The notes beneath the pieces are model-generated. The model was not told the origin of the DNA and made no database searches. It saw only the letters and a list, made by a program, of their open reading frames with translations. DNA of 28,562 bases from a virus (Duplodnaviria > Caudoviricetes). This document shows positions 1 through 7,841 of this stretch, in pieces. Positions within the stretch are counted from its first letter, which is position 1; the number at the start of each line of letters is the position of its first letter. The DNA lies in IMG/VR virus record IMGVR_UViG_3300021560_000060, positions 1 through 28,562 of that record; one strand, given 5' to 3'. The position numbers and the translations under genes are program-made.

Positions 1-529
1 GCGGTTGCCGTGCCGGTGCTGCGGCCGGTGCCGGGGTCTCTGGCGCCGCTGCGGTACGGGTCCGCCGTGCCGGTGCCGGCGCTGCGGCGGGTGCCGGTGC
101 CGGTTGTGCAGCAGCCGCCTTGGCAGCCGCCATCTGTGCGCGGTAGGCAGCCAGCCCGGCGCCGCGTCCTGACGTAGCAGGGGCCGGTGCAGGGGCCGGT
201 GTAGGTGCAGGGGCCGGCGGGGCGGCCTCGGCAGCCTCGGGATCATCTTCCAAGAACCCGTCAGGCAGCAGGATTTCCGTCTTTGCGTTGAACGCGCCGG
301 CCGCCAAGTCGTACCAGGCTTCGGCCTCTTCGGACATCGGATTCTCTTCACCGATGTTGTCGGCGATGCCCTGTACCAGGCGAATCATGAAGTCCTGATC
401 AGTCTCCGTCTCCTGCGGCGGTGGAAAGTCAGGACGGGCTTCAACCATTCTCCCCCAAATTTCGTCCCACACTGTTGGCAGCGGCTCAGGGGCCGGTGCC
501 GGTGCAGTTGCAGTTGCAGTACGCGCCAT
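1..529 (-). CDS. Pro/Ala-rich hypothetical protein, C-terminus runs off the window
   Basis: Not in ORF track (no stop). ATG at 529, AAGGAG at 542-547; MARTATATAPAPAPEPLPTVWDEIWGRMVEARPDF..., acidic core then PAPAPA linkers, open to base 1. Confidence 0.8.
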   Translation of the reverse strand, partial: MARTATATAPAPAPEPLPTVWDEIWGRMVEARPDFPPPQETETDQDFMIRLVQGIADNIGEENPMSEEAEAWYDLAAGAFNAKTEILLPDGFLEDDPEAAEAAPPAPAPTPAPAPAPATSGRGAGLAAYRAQMAAAKAAAAQPAPAPAAAPAPARRTRTAAAPETPAPAAAPARQP

Positions 530-625
530 GATCTGCTTCGACTCCTTGTGATTTAAGGACGTGAATTGCGAGCCGTACATCCGGCCCACATAAGCTCTAT
601 ACACAGATTGCGATCCGATGCAAGC

Positions 626-1285
626 CTATTCCGCGGTACGGATTTCCCGCAATGCCTGTACCACATCGAAGTCCGGCGCCACACCGGCCAGCCGGCAGAG
701 CCGTGCGTTGATCCGGCTCGGCTTGGACAATATCGCATCCTTGCGCTCAGCCGGCAGACGGGCAAACCAGTAGAGGATGCGATGCAGGCGGGGATTTTCC
801 AACAGTGCGATCAGCGACGGTGCGTCGTTGAAGTCGGCGCCGCCCCAATCATTCTGCATGAACGCCACGATATCGGCCTGATCACTGTCGCTTGGCAGAT
901 CAGCGGCATAGACCAGATTTTCCCGACGTAGCCGATCCTTCACCGCGAAGGTATTCCACGCGTTGATGACGGCGCGCTGATACAGCATCATGATCCACGC
1001 CGCAGACGGATCAGCGTATTGCGTGTACGAGGCGTACGAAGGCTTGTTGACGACCAGCGCGTATTTGTTGCGCACCTTGGTAAAGATCAGACCACATTCC
1101 TGCATGGCGTCGGCTTCGGTACAGAAATAGTGCTCAACCCGCCAGAAGTTTTTGTGTACGAAGCCTCGCGTCCAGCCCTGAAAGGAATCGCTCCATTCAC
1201 AGATGTACGGATGGTTGATCAGCTTGCGCCGCCGGAAGACTAAACATAGCCGGCGTCGCAGCACGCGGCGTTGATGGACTGACAT
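626..1285 (-). CDS. Phage sigma-factor-like protein (sigma-70 region 2-like)
   Basis: KNFWRVEHYFCTEADAMQECGLIFTKVRNKY...LYQRAVINAW resembles region 2 (eDlxQE..i...k...Y ... ai.N); helical C-terminus; GGGGAG upstream. Family call by eye. Confidence 0.5.
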   Translation of the reverse strand: MSVHQRRVLRRRLCLVFRRRKLINHPYICEWSDSFQGWTRGFVHKNFWRVEHYFCTEADAMQECGLIFTKVRNKYALVVNKPSYASYTQYADPSAAWIMMLYQRAVINAWNTFAVKDRLRRENLVYAADLPSDSDQADIVAFMQNDWGGADFNDAPSLIALLENPRLHRILYWFARLPAERKDAILSKPSRINARLCRLAGVAPDFDVVQALREIRTAE

Positions 1286-1303
1286 GACGACTCCCCAAAG
1301 TCG

Positions 1304-2224
1304 TTAGACCAGCCGCGATACCCATCGGACAATCTCTCCCTCTGGCATTGCACCAGGGTCGTTGAAACCGGCGGGAATGGCAGCTTCGGCTATCCTAACG
1401 CCGGGCGGGAAAAACGCAAGAGGCACCGCATCGAAGGTATCCACCGTGCGGTCCAAGGCTATGTAAAGTGTGGAGCATGTCATCACGTCCTGATAGATGC
1501 GCTCCAACCGCTCATTGGTATAGCCTAGACCCAGCATCGCGATCGGGCTGATCGGCATGTGCTCGGTTGGCGCCGCAATCTTCAACGCGTCCAACGGTCC
1601 TTCAACAATCAGGCCTATCGCACGCATCGGCCGGGGAATGTACACAGCCGAGCGCGATGTACCGGGCGGCCCGTCATAGCGGCGCGACAAGCCGTCATGC
1701 AGTGCGCGGCCGGTCCATGTCTGTATGCTGCCATCCGCGTTGTGGATGGGGATCAGCAGGCGTTGCGCCCAGCGTCCGGCCACGGCATAGCGCAGGTCAT
1801 AGCGCCGGCACAGTTGATCAGGGTCCGTGAAGCCACGGCTGTACAGATAGTCAATGCACTTCCGGTTTTGCGTCGCCGGGATGAAGCGTGACCACTGTAC
1901 CTCGATATCGGTCGGTACAGATTTGGCCGGTGTGTACGCAGCAATGGCGGTGACGTTGTGGCGGTTCAGCAGTCTTATCCGCTCGGTGTAATGCGAGCGT
2001 GGCATGATCGCGCCAAGCAGGTACACCAAGTCGCGGCCACGGTGCAGGCGCGAGCGATGGCAGAAATACGCGTCAATGTATTCGGATATCAGCAGATGCT
2101 CGGACGGATCGGCGTCACCGCAGTACGGACATTTGATGCAGATATTGCCTGCCCGATGATTGCGACCGCGATCAACCCACGGCACACCGATCTCATCCAG
2201 CAGTCGTCGCCAGTCAGTTGGCAT
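1304..2224 (-). CDS. DNA primase (N-terminal Zn finger + TOPRIM)
   Basis: CPYC...YFCHR Zn finger, YLYSRGF, RLLIPI...WTGR, TOPRIM IVEGPLDALK, YIALD, C-terminal DPG; GGGAGG RBS. Confidence 0.9.
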   Translation of the reverse strand: MPTDWRRLLDEIGVPWVDRGRNHRAGNICIKCPYCGDADPSEHLLISEYIDAYFCHRSRLHRGRDLVYLLGAIMPRSHYTERIRLLNRHNVTAIAAYTPAKSVPTDIEVQWSRFIPATQNRKCIDYLYSRGFTDPDQLCRRYDLRYAVAGRWAQRLLIPIHNADGSIQTWTGRALHDGLSRRYDGPPGTSRSAVYIPRPMRAIGLIVEGPLDALKIAAPTEHMPISPIAMLGLGYTNERLERIYQDVMTCSTLYIALDRTVDTFDAVPLAFFPPGVRIAEAAIPAGFNDPGAMPEGEIVRWVSRLV

Positions 2225-2257
2225 GATGCCTCCCTTTCAGGGAGACTATACAGATCG

Positions 2258-2300
2258 AAAAAAGCCCGCTGACAACGGGGATTGGAGTGTGTCAGCGGGC
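2258..2300 (-). terminator. Intrinsic terminator just upstream of primase
   Basis: 11-bp stem gcccgctgaca (2264-2274)/tgtcagcgggc (2290-2300) followed on the - strand by T6; loop is long (15 nt). Confidence 0.6.
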
Positions 2301-2372
2301 AGTGTGATGATGATAAACGCGCATCATTGCGTGCGTGGGTAGTATGGGAAGTGCGCACGCATTCTTGGCATA

Positions 2373-2615
2373 TCAGATGGTTTGGGCGGTGTCAATGCGG
2401 AGCGTGGCCGGTGGATGTAGCGGGTCGGCTTTGATGCGATCAGTGCGATGGACGCGGGCGTGATACGCTAAGCCTTCGCGATAGTTGCCTGTGTCAGTGC
2501 GTACGAAGTACCGGCTCCCCCAAACGATGACAGCGGCCGGTGACGGAAACGGCGGTACACTCACTATCGCGACAATGGTTGTACCGTCGGCGGCGTACAG
2601 GGTCGTTCTGATCAT
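2373..2615 (-). CDS. Hypothetical protein (80 aa)
   Basis: ATG 2615 with GAGG RBS; MIRTTLYAADGTTIVAIVSVPPFPSPAAVIVWGSRYF...; the longer track start (2702) runs through a terminator. Confidence 0.7.
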   Translation of the reverse strand: MIRTTLYAADGTTIVAIVSVPPFPSPAAVIVWGSRYFVRTDTGNYREGLAYHARVHRTDRIKADPLHPPATLRIDTAQTI

Positions 2616-2656
2616 AAATTCCTCGCTGTGATGGTAGCTAAAGAAATCGGTGGCTG

Positions 2657-2698
2657 AAAATAGAAGGGCGGGCAACTCCATCGAAGCGCCCGCCCTTC
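2657..2698 (-). terminator. Intrinsic terminator after 2710-3225
   Basis: 11-bp stem gaagggcgggc (2663-2673)/gcccgcccttc (2688-2698) followed on the - strand by TATTTT. Confidence 0.6.
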
Positions 2699-2709
2699 CC
2701 AATCCGTTT

Positions 2710-3225
2710 TCAAGCCGGCGTTGGGGCGCCAGCCCGTACTCGGATTAGCCGGTTCAACATGCCGCACTCTGCGTACCCTGGAAACGCGGCGTCAACCGCG
2801 TGCGGCATGTAGTTGATGCAGTTAAACAGCAACTCTACTCCCATAGGCAGCGGTTCGCCGTCGCGACCGTGAAGCTTCAACTCGCGTACATGATCGCGCA
2901 AGCACCGAAACAGCAGAAACATCAGGTCATACCGCTGTTGGCGCGTCAACTGTACCTGAATGTTGCGATCAATGTACGCGTGTACCTGCTCAGCGATATC
3001 CTTAACCTTTGCGACGCTGTACTTGATCCCGAAGATTTTGATATGTCGCTCCATGCCATTGCTGGCTTCACGTGCAGCAATAAACACGTCTTCCTCGGCG
3101 GTCGTGTAGTCTGCCCTTGCTGTACGCCTGTCGCCCTTTTTGTTGTACTTATATGCAAGGTCAGCCAGCAGCCGCCGCTGATCTGCCTCGGTCAGGTCGT
3201 TGATATCAATGATAGTTGCGCTCAT
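2710..3225 (-). CDS. Hypothetical helical phage protein (171 aa)
   Basis: Plausible composition, tiles with neighbours, terminator downstream. Confidence 0.75.
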   Translation of the reverse strand: MSATIIDINDLTEADQRRLLADLAYKYNKKGDRRTARADYTTAEEDVFIAAREASNGMERHIKIFGIKYSVAKVKDIAEQVHAYIDRNIQVQLTRQQRYDLMFLLFRCLRDHVRELKLHGRDGEPLPMGVELLFNCINYMPHAVDAAFPGYAECGMLNRLIRVRAGAPTPA

Positions 3226-3229
3226 TGCC

Positions 3230-3517
3230 TTATACTCTTATGTGCTCATCCCATCGAAGCCGTAAGTCAGGTCGGAAGTCACTCAGCCAGCGCAGCAACT
3301 CAGGCTCTAGGAATAGCACGCGTGCCTGTTTGCCATGCATCGTGTACAGCGCCGGCAGGGGCCGCCGCATCCTCTGGCCTCTGCGCCACGAAATGACGGT
3401 GACTTGGGTAACCCGAAGCCGATAGGTCACTTCGCGGGTGCTGACCTTGCGTCCAACCAATTCCACACGCTGCATCTGATCGTCCTGCCCCGTCATCGCC
3501 CCAGCCGGGCGAGCCAC
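3230..3517 (-). CDS. Excisionase/MerR-like HTH DNA-binding protein
   Basis: VSTREVTYRLRVTQVTVISWRRG...PLPA...RVLFLEPELLRWL matches the winged HTH (Xis-like) pattern; start uncertain. Confidence 0.65.
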   Translation of the reverse strand: MARPAGAMTGQDDQMQRVELVGRKVSTREVTYRLRVTQVTVISWRRGQRMRRPLPALYTMHGKQARVLFLEPELLRWLSDFRPDLRLRWDEHIRV

Positions 3518-3795
3518 TTAACATAGGATTTGCGTTGTGTAAACAATTGCGCGCCGCGAAATTTCAGTGACCGTCCAGCGGCAGTTTGGCAACAGAATTT
3601 AACGCTATTGTCGCCGTACCGAGGAAGATATTGCGTACAGCCGCCAGTTTGACCGGCTCGCCCCGGTCCATCACGTCGCAGTGCAACACGGAAAAGCGAG
3701 CGGGAAAACCGGACTGGCGCGGGGTGCTTGCCTGCACTCTCTTGCGCCAGCCCGGACCAGCCGGGATGCCTCCCGATCTCCCGGCCTCGATAGGG

Positions 3796-4116
3796 TTATA
3801 CGCGGCGTCGTATTCCGCTCGGCCGGAAGACGGTGTGGAAGCTGTTGGTATCGGTCATCCGCAGGATCAGGTCGGACAGCGTTTCGCCGGGTCGCAGCAA
3901 GGCGGTAAGCCGCACGATCGTCTTGGCAAGCAACGGTGCCTGCCAATTGCCGTTGGGCAGTCGATCACAGGATTTCAGGAATTCATCAAACCCTTCCGGG
4001 TGCTTGGCGTTTTGTCTGACAGCCTGCATGCTCACGTCGGTGATCTCCACGTTGATCACCGTTCCCATGTCATGTACCGCGGCGCGGCGTGCACCATCTG
4101 TCGTTGGCTGTTTCAT
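3796..4116 (-). CDS. RHH-like family paralogue A
   Basis: DGARRAAVHDM..INVEITD...RLPNGNW...RPGETLSDLILR shared with 4976, 5245 and 5817. Confidence 0.8.
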   Translation of the reverse strand: MKQPTTDGARRAAVHDMGTVINVEITDVSMQAVRQNAKHPEGFDEFLKSCDRLPNGNWQAPLLAKTIVRLTALLRPGETLSDLILRMTDTNSFHTVFRPSGIRRRV

Positions 4117-4336
4117 AGCTTGTTGTACCGTGCTTTCATCTGCGCTATGGTTTCATCGCGTTGCTGTATTCCGCCGCTGAACGTGTTGGTATTAAGCATT
4201 CGGATCACGGCAGTTGATCTAGCGGAAGGCTCGTGGTTAAAAGACAGGTACACGCATCTGCCGTCACTTCAACCCATAGCGTGATATTTTCGTTGTACGC
4301 ACTTGCACGTTGGCTGCCGTTTATTGTCGGCTTCAT
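4113..4336 (-). pseudogene. Interrupted fifth RHH-like paralogue
   Basis: ORF 4336-4205 MKPTINGSQRASAYNENITLWVEVTADA...LDQLP* matches the family N-terminus; the -1 frame continues ...QQRDETIAQMKARYNKL* with its TGA overlapping the ATG of 4116. Confidence 0.55.
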
Positions 4337-4381
4337 GGCTCACCCTTTCGATTGCGTAAATGGGACACTATCACGAAAAGC

Positions 4382-4433
4382 TGTCAAGTGTCAGACCGGC
4401 CACTAACGCGTTGATTTCCTTCACCGGTTGACA
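4382..4433. promoter_or_regulatory. Back-to-back TTGACA hexamers at the strand switch (possible divergent promoters)
   Basis: TTGACA on - strand 4387-4382 and on + strand 4428-4433; -10 boxes not canonical. Confidence 0.35.
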
Positions 4434-4480
4434 AGGCTTGGTCGCTGATTCTAACCTGCAAAAACCCTCCCCTCCGAAAC

Positions 4481-4535
4481 GCTCGCTCTGCTCGCTTTTT
4501 CTCCCCCTCCCACATGCGCTCGCCTTGTGGCTCGC
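4481..4535. repeat. Four GCTCGC direct repeats
   Basis: 4481-4486, 4490-4495, 4518-4523, 4530-4535 in a pyrimidine-rich non-coding tract. Confidence 0.6.
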
Positions 4536-4582
4536 TGACGGATCAGAGCTTAGGTTTTCCCTTTTCGGCCCTTTGGGCCGAC

Positions 4583-4687
4583 TGCCAAAGCTTTTTCGGC
4601 ACCGTAGCACCTGTGCTGAACCGGCTTGCATAGGGGCAAGCACATTGTGTACCTCTTGGTAATACCTGTGCCGAAAAAGCTTTGGCA
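4583..4687. repeat. Perfect 20-bp inverted repeat, 65-nt spacer
   Basis: tgccaaagctttttcggcac (4583-4602) / gtgccgaaaaagctttggca (4668-4687). Confidence 0.95.
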
Positions 4688-4752
4688 TGGCGCGTGCGTA
4701 CGCGCGAGGAAGAAATCCTAACACGTTAAAATGGCGAACTCCGTCCTTAAAC

Positions 4753-5001
4753 ATGCATCCCGGTACAAAGAGATTGCGCCCGGTTAGTACAGAAGACTTC
4801 GTACCCAGGCCACTGCAAAGTCTGTACCGGGTGACATCATCCCCGGATCGCAAAGTGCAATTCTGCGCCGGCTTCATATGTACAAAAGGTGTGGTGACGC
4901 GTACCGCACCGATTTTGCATTACCTCCGCAATCGGCGTATAACCGAAGCAATACGCATATTGCAGAGGCAGGGACATGAAGTACGCAGACTGGAAACTTG
5001 A
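4753..5001 (+). CDS. Small basic hypothetical phage protein
   Basis: ...LYRVTSSPDRKVQFCAGFICTKGVVTRTAPILHYLRNRRITEAIRILQRQGHEV is protein-like; start uncertain (4687 or 4753). Confidence 0.5.
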   Translation: MHPGTKRLRPVSTEDFVPRPLQSLYRVTSSPDRKVQFCAGFICTKGVVTRTAPILHYLRNRRITEAIRILQRQGHEVRRLET

Positions 5002-5248
5002 CGGCCAATCACGCGCCGGAGCGCATGATCCGGATCGCGTCATTGACGTGGAAATCACCCTGGAAGCGTACCAGGTATTGCGTGCAACCGGTGCACCGAG
5101 TGTTGACGATCTGATCGAGCATCTGCCGGACAACATGGTGCGCCTGAAACTGAATGTTAAACTGCACCAGATCATGTTGGCAGCAACCCGGCGTGGTGAA
5201 ACCATATCGGATACGCTGATCCGCAAGTGCAGGCAGGAGTACCGATGA
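4976..5248 (+). CDS. RHH-like family paralogue B
   Basis: DGQSRAGAHD..VIDVEITLEAYQVL...HLPDN...RRGETISDTLIR. Confidence 0.8.
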   Translation: MKYADWKLDGQSRAGAHDPDRVIDVEITLEAYQVLRATGAPSVDDLIEHLPDNMVRLKLNVKLHQIMLAATRRGETISDTLIRKCRQEYR

Positions 5249-5541
5249 CCACATTCGATCAGGACGGTACACAGCGTGCCGCTGCACGTGACATGCACCG
5301 GATGATGGCGGTCATCGTCAACGAGGAAGCGTACCAAATGTTGCTGGCGATCTCGCAGGATTTAAGCGATTACGCCACACAGTTGCCAACCGGTGAATGG
5401 TCGGTTAACCTGCAAGTGCGCAACGTCGTTGTCATGGACGCAGCGTGCTTGCCCGGTGAAACCATGTCGGATATGATAATACGATGCGGCCCACGTGTCG
5501 TTGCACGCATCAAGCGCGAAGAACGCCGTGTGCACAGATAA
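5245..5541 (+). CDS. RHH-like family paralogue C
   Basis: ATGA overlap with B, AGGAG RBS; DGTQRAAARDM..MAVIVNEEAYQML...QLPTGEW...PGETMSDMIIR. Confidence 0.8.
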   Translation: MTTFDQDGTQRAAARDMHRMMAVIVNEEAYQMLLAISQDLSDYATQLPTGEWSVNLQVRNVVVMDAACLPGETMSDMIIRCGPRVVARIKREERRVHR

Positions 5542-5559
5542 CCATCTCAGGCCGGACGC

Positions 5560-5812
5560 GGCTAGGACCTCCAAGGCGTCTTTAACGGGACGCGACTGCT
5601 GCCCCGCGAGGGAGGGTCCTTACCGCTGGATGGGTGCGTTGCAGCCGTACACAGGGCCGGTCACCTTTAACAGATCGCATGGGCTGGCGTGTTGGGATGT
5701 TTCAAGGGTCATTTCAATACGCATGCTGCCGTGAATCCAGTGGCAGCCCTGCGTGGGAGTAAGCCGGTCGCCTCCCGCTATCCCCGTGAACCGGCCAGAG
5801 AACGGGGATCAC
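5560..5812 (+). ncRNA. Candidate structured RNA / 5' leader
   Basis: Several stems incl. 13-bp G-U-containing 5687-5699/5710-5722 and 8-bp 5780-5787/5802-5809; no convincing CDS. Confidence 0.4.
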
Positions 5813-5816
5813 GCTA

Positions 5817-6068
5817 ATGAGCCAGAAGTTTGATCATGACGGTGCATCCCGTGCTGCCGCGTACAACATGCGCCGGCTTATTAAGATCGAGTTGACCGAT
5901 GCAGCCTATCAGGCGTTGAACCGTGCGGTTCGCATCAGCCATATCTCCACGCGCCTGCCCAACGGCAACTGGTCGATTGACATGGAAGCCGAGACAATCG
6001 GTACCATGGAACGCCTGCGCCGCTCGGGCGAAACCCTGTCGGATATGATTGTGCGCCGGCTACGGTGA
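5817..6068 (+). CDS. RHH-like family paralogue D
   Basis: DGASRAAAYNM..IKIELTDAAYQAL...RLPNGNWSIDM...RSGETLSDMIVR. Confidence 0.8.
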   Translation: MSQKFDHDGASRAAAYNMRRLIKIELTDAAYQALNRAVRISHISTRLPNGNWSIDMEAETIGTMERLRRSGETLSDMIVRRLR

Positions 6069-6097
6069 GAACGGCGATCACCGCCGATCAGCCAGCC

Positions 6098-6123
6098 AAA
6101 AAGATGGCCGGTCGCCCGGCCAT
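6098..6123 (-). terminator. Intrinsic terminator-like hairpin facing leftward
   Basis: 8-bp stem atggccgg (6104-6111)/ccggccat (6116-6123); on the - strand GCGA tetraloop followed by CTTTTT. Confidence 0.55.
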
Positions 6124-6478
6124 GAGGATACGCACGAAAGGAAACTGAGCGTCGGGCGGCGCTACCTCGCCGCCCGCTCCCGAGCTAACCAGCCGCCCCC
6201 CTCCCGCGTCAACCGGTTTCCGCTAAACGTTTGATTTGATTGTCGTACGCCCACGATTGCCAGTACGGCCCAACCCTCGATATAACGATAGCTCGCGAAA
6301 CCGGGATCAGATGCCCGGTAGCGGGGAAAGTCGCACCGTGCTCCCGCCGGAGCTTCCATTCGCAGCAATGCCGATGGAAGTGCGGTAGCCTCTCCCTGTA
6401 TATACAGCTTCCCTAAAAAGATATAAAGTCTGTACGTTAAACAATGGCGTACAGACCCTCACTCTGTACGAGGGTATC
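6124..6478 (+). promoter_or_regulatory. Hairpin-rich leader of the NusG-like gene / late operon
   Basis: Stems 6153-6161/6168-6176, 6213-6220/6297-6304, 6352-6360/6373-6381, 6428-6438/6446-6456; accctc (6455-6460) can pair with the RBS gagggt (6470-6475). Confidence 0.5.
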
Positions 6479-7144
6479 ATGGCGCATATGTGGTACGCTG
6501 TACAAGCCAAACCGCATGCCGGTGGCTTTGCCAATAGCAATCTGCAACGCATGGGCTTTGTCACTCTGATGCCCATGGTGACCAAGTTGCGCAAGCTACG
6601 CAACGGCAGATCAATGCCGGTCGAAGTACCCTTATTCGGTCCATATTTCTTCGTGCAATTCGATGTCACCGTGGATCGCTGGCAATCCATTACGTCAGCC
6701 TACGGTGTACGCCGCTTGTTTTCCGCATCACCGGAAATTCCCATACCGGTACCACGCCGATCAATTGATACCTTATTGACCTGCCTGCCCTCAGAGGCGA
6801 AATCTGCGATCCATCCCGGCGCCATAGTACGGGTCATTGAAGGTCCCTTGGCACAATACAACGTAGCCGGCGTATGCCGTTGGACGGATGGCGAGCGCGT
6901 ACAGCTATTCCTCGATATCATGGGCGGCGAGCGTATCGTGGAATTCGCCGTGACCGCTGTTGCGTTGATCGAAGATACCCGACGCGCAATTGACGCAACC
7001 GCAGATGATATGCTCGCGCAGGCGTCGATCACCGATAACGCCACACTTCGCCGTTCAAGCCGCCAATCCATTGATACAAGCCGTGCCGTGTTGGCTGCGG
7101 CAGACAGGAGCCTTCGTCATGCGACGCCAGCTTATCCATCGTGA
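6479..7144 (+). CDS. NusG/RfaH-family transcription antiterminator (NGN + KOW)
   Basis: WYAVQAKP...PLFGPYFFVQF...I.SAYGVRRL (NGN); PGAIVRVIEGPL...RVQLFLDIMG (KOW); ~55-aa C-terminal extension. Confidence 0.92.
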   Translation: MAHMWYAVQAKPHAGGFANSNLQRMGFVTLMPMVTKLRKLRNGRSMPVEVPLFGPYFFVQFDVTVDRWQSITSAYGVRRLFSASPEIPIPVPRRSIDTLLTCLPSEAKSAIHPGAIVRVIEGPLAQYNVAGVCRWTDGERVQLFLDIMGGERIVEFAVTAVALIEDTRRAIDATADDMLAQASITDNATLRRSSRQSIDTSRAVLAAADRSLRHATPAYPS

Positions 7145-7829
7145 CGATGTACCGCAGATCAAGCCGCGTTCAAACGGTCACGACGCCGGCTTTGTCAGCG
7201 ACGAGAAGCTGACCGAGCGCCGTCGTAAGATTCTCGGACCCAACGGTGGCAATATCGGTCCCGGTAGTCATAAGCGCGATGAATACGTTGAAGATATCGC
7301 ACGTCAGGCCGGTGAGGTATTTTCGCAGGACATTTACGATTGGCTGTACGAACGCGTTGAGTCGTACCAGCCAAAGACGACAACCAATCCTGCGTACAAT
7401 CCCACCATTCATCCACGCATGGTATTTCAATTGCGCCTGCTAGGTGCCGGCATGCCGTTGATCGCAAATGCGCTCAACGTGACTGAGGATACCATCAAAG
7501 CTTGGATCGAGAAGTACCCGCATTTCGGTGTCGCGTATCATCGTGGCGCGGAATTGGCCGATGCACGCGTTGCCGAGTCGCTGTACCATCGTGCCGTGGG
7601 TTACTCGCATGCCGCTGTCAAACACTTCTGTACAAATGGCATCGTGACCGAGGTACGCTACACACGGCATTTCCCGCCTGATCCGCATTGTGGTACATTC
7701 TGGCTGACCAATCGGCGACGCGACGCTTGGAAGAATCGTCAGGCTACCGAGTTGTCCGGTGCCAATGGTGAGCCTTTGATTCCGCCGCAGCTTGTCATCA
7801 ATCCGGTTAAACCGAACGGTGCTGCATAG
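7119..7829 (+). CDS. terS: Terminase small subunit
   Basis: HTH (IANALNVTEDTIKAWIEKYPHF), ADARVAESLYHRAVGY, HFPPD...FWLTNR...W, ELSGANGEPL; AGGAG at 7106-7110 supports ATG 7119. Confidence 0.88.
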   Translation: MRRQLIHRDDVPQIKPRSNGHDAGFVSDEKLTERRRKILGPNGGNIGPGSHKRDEYVEDIARQAGEVFSQDIYDWLYERVESYQPKTTTNPAYNPTIHPRMVFQLRLLGAGMPLIANALNVTEDTIKAWIEKYPHFGVAYHRGAELADARVAESLYHRAVGYSHAAVKHFCTNGIVTEVRYTRHFPPDPHCGTFWLTNRRRDAWKNRQATELSGANGEPLIPPQLVINPVKPNGAA

Positions 7830-7841
7830 GGAGGTTACGCC

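Noticed and set aside
566-3526. + strand ORFs over the left arm (566-931, 1559-1891, 2800-3396 etc.)
   Set aside because: Antisense shadows of well-supported - strand genes in GC-rich DNA.
4236-4247. TGT CTT TTA ACC (- strand) as a programmed -1 slippery site
   Set aside because: Not an X XXY YYZ heptamer in frame; a plain indel is equally likely.
3586-4284. 232-aa + strand ORF
   Set aside because: Antisense to the RHH-like paralogues, TTG start, no motifs.
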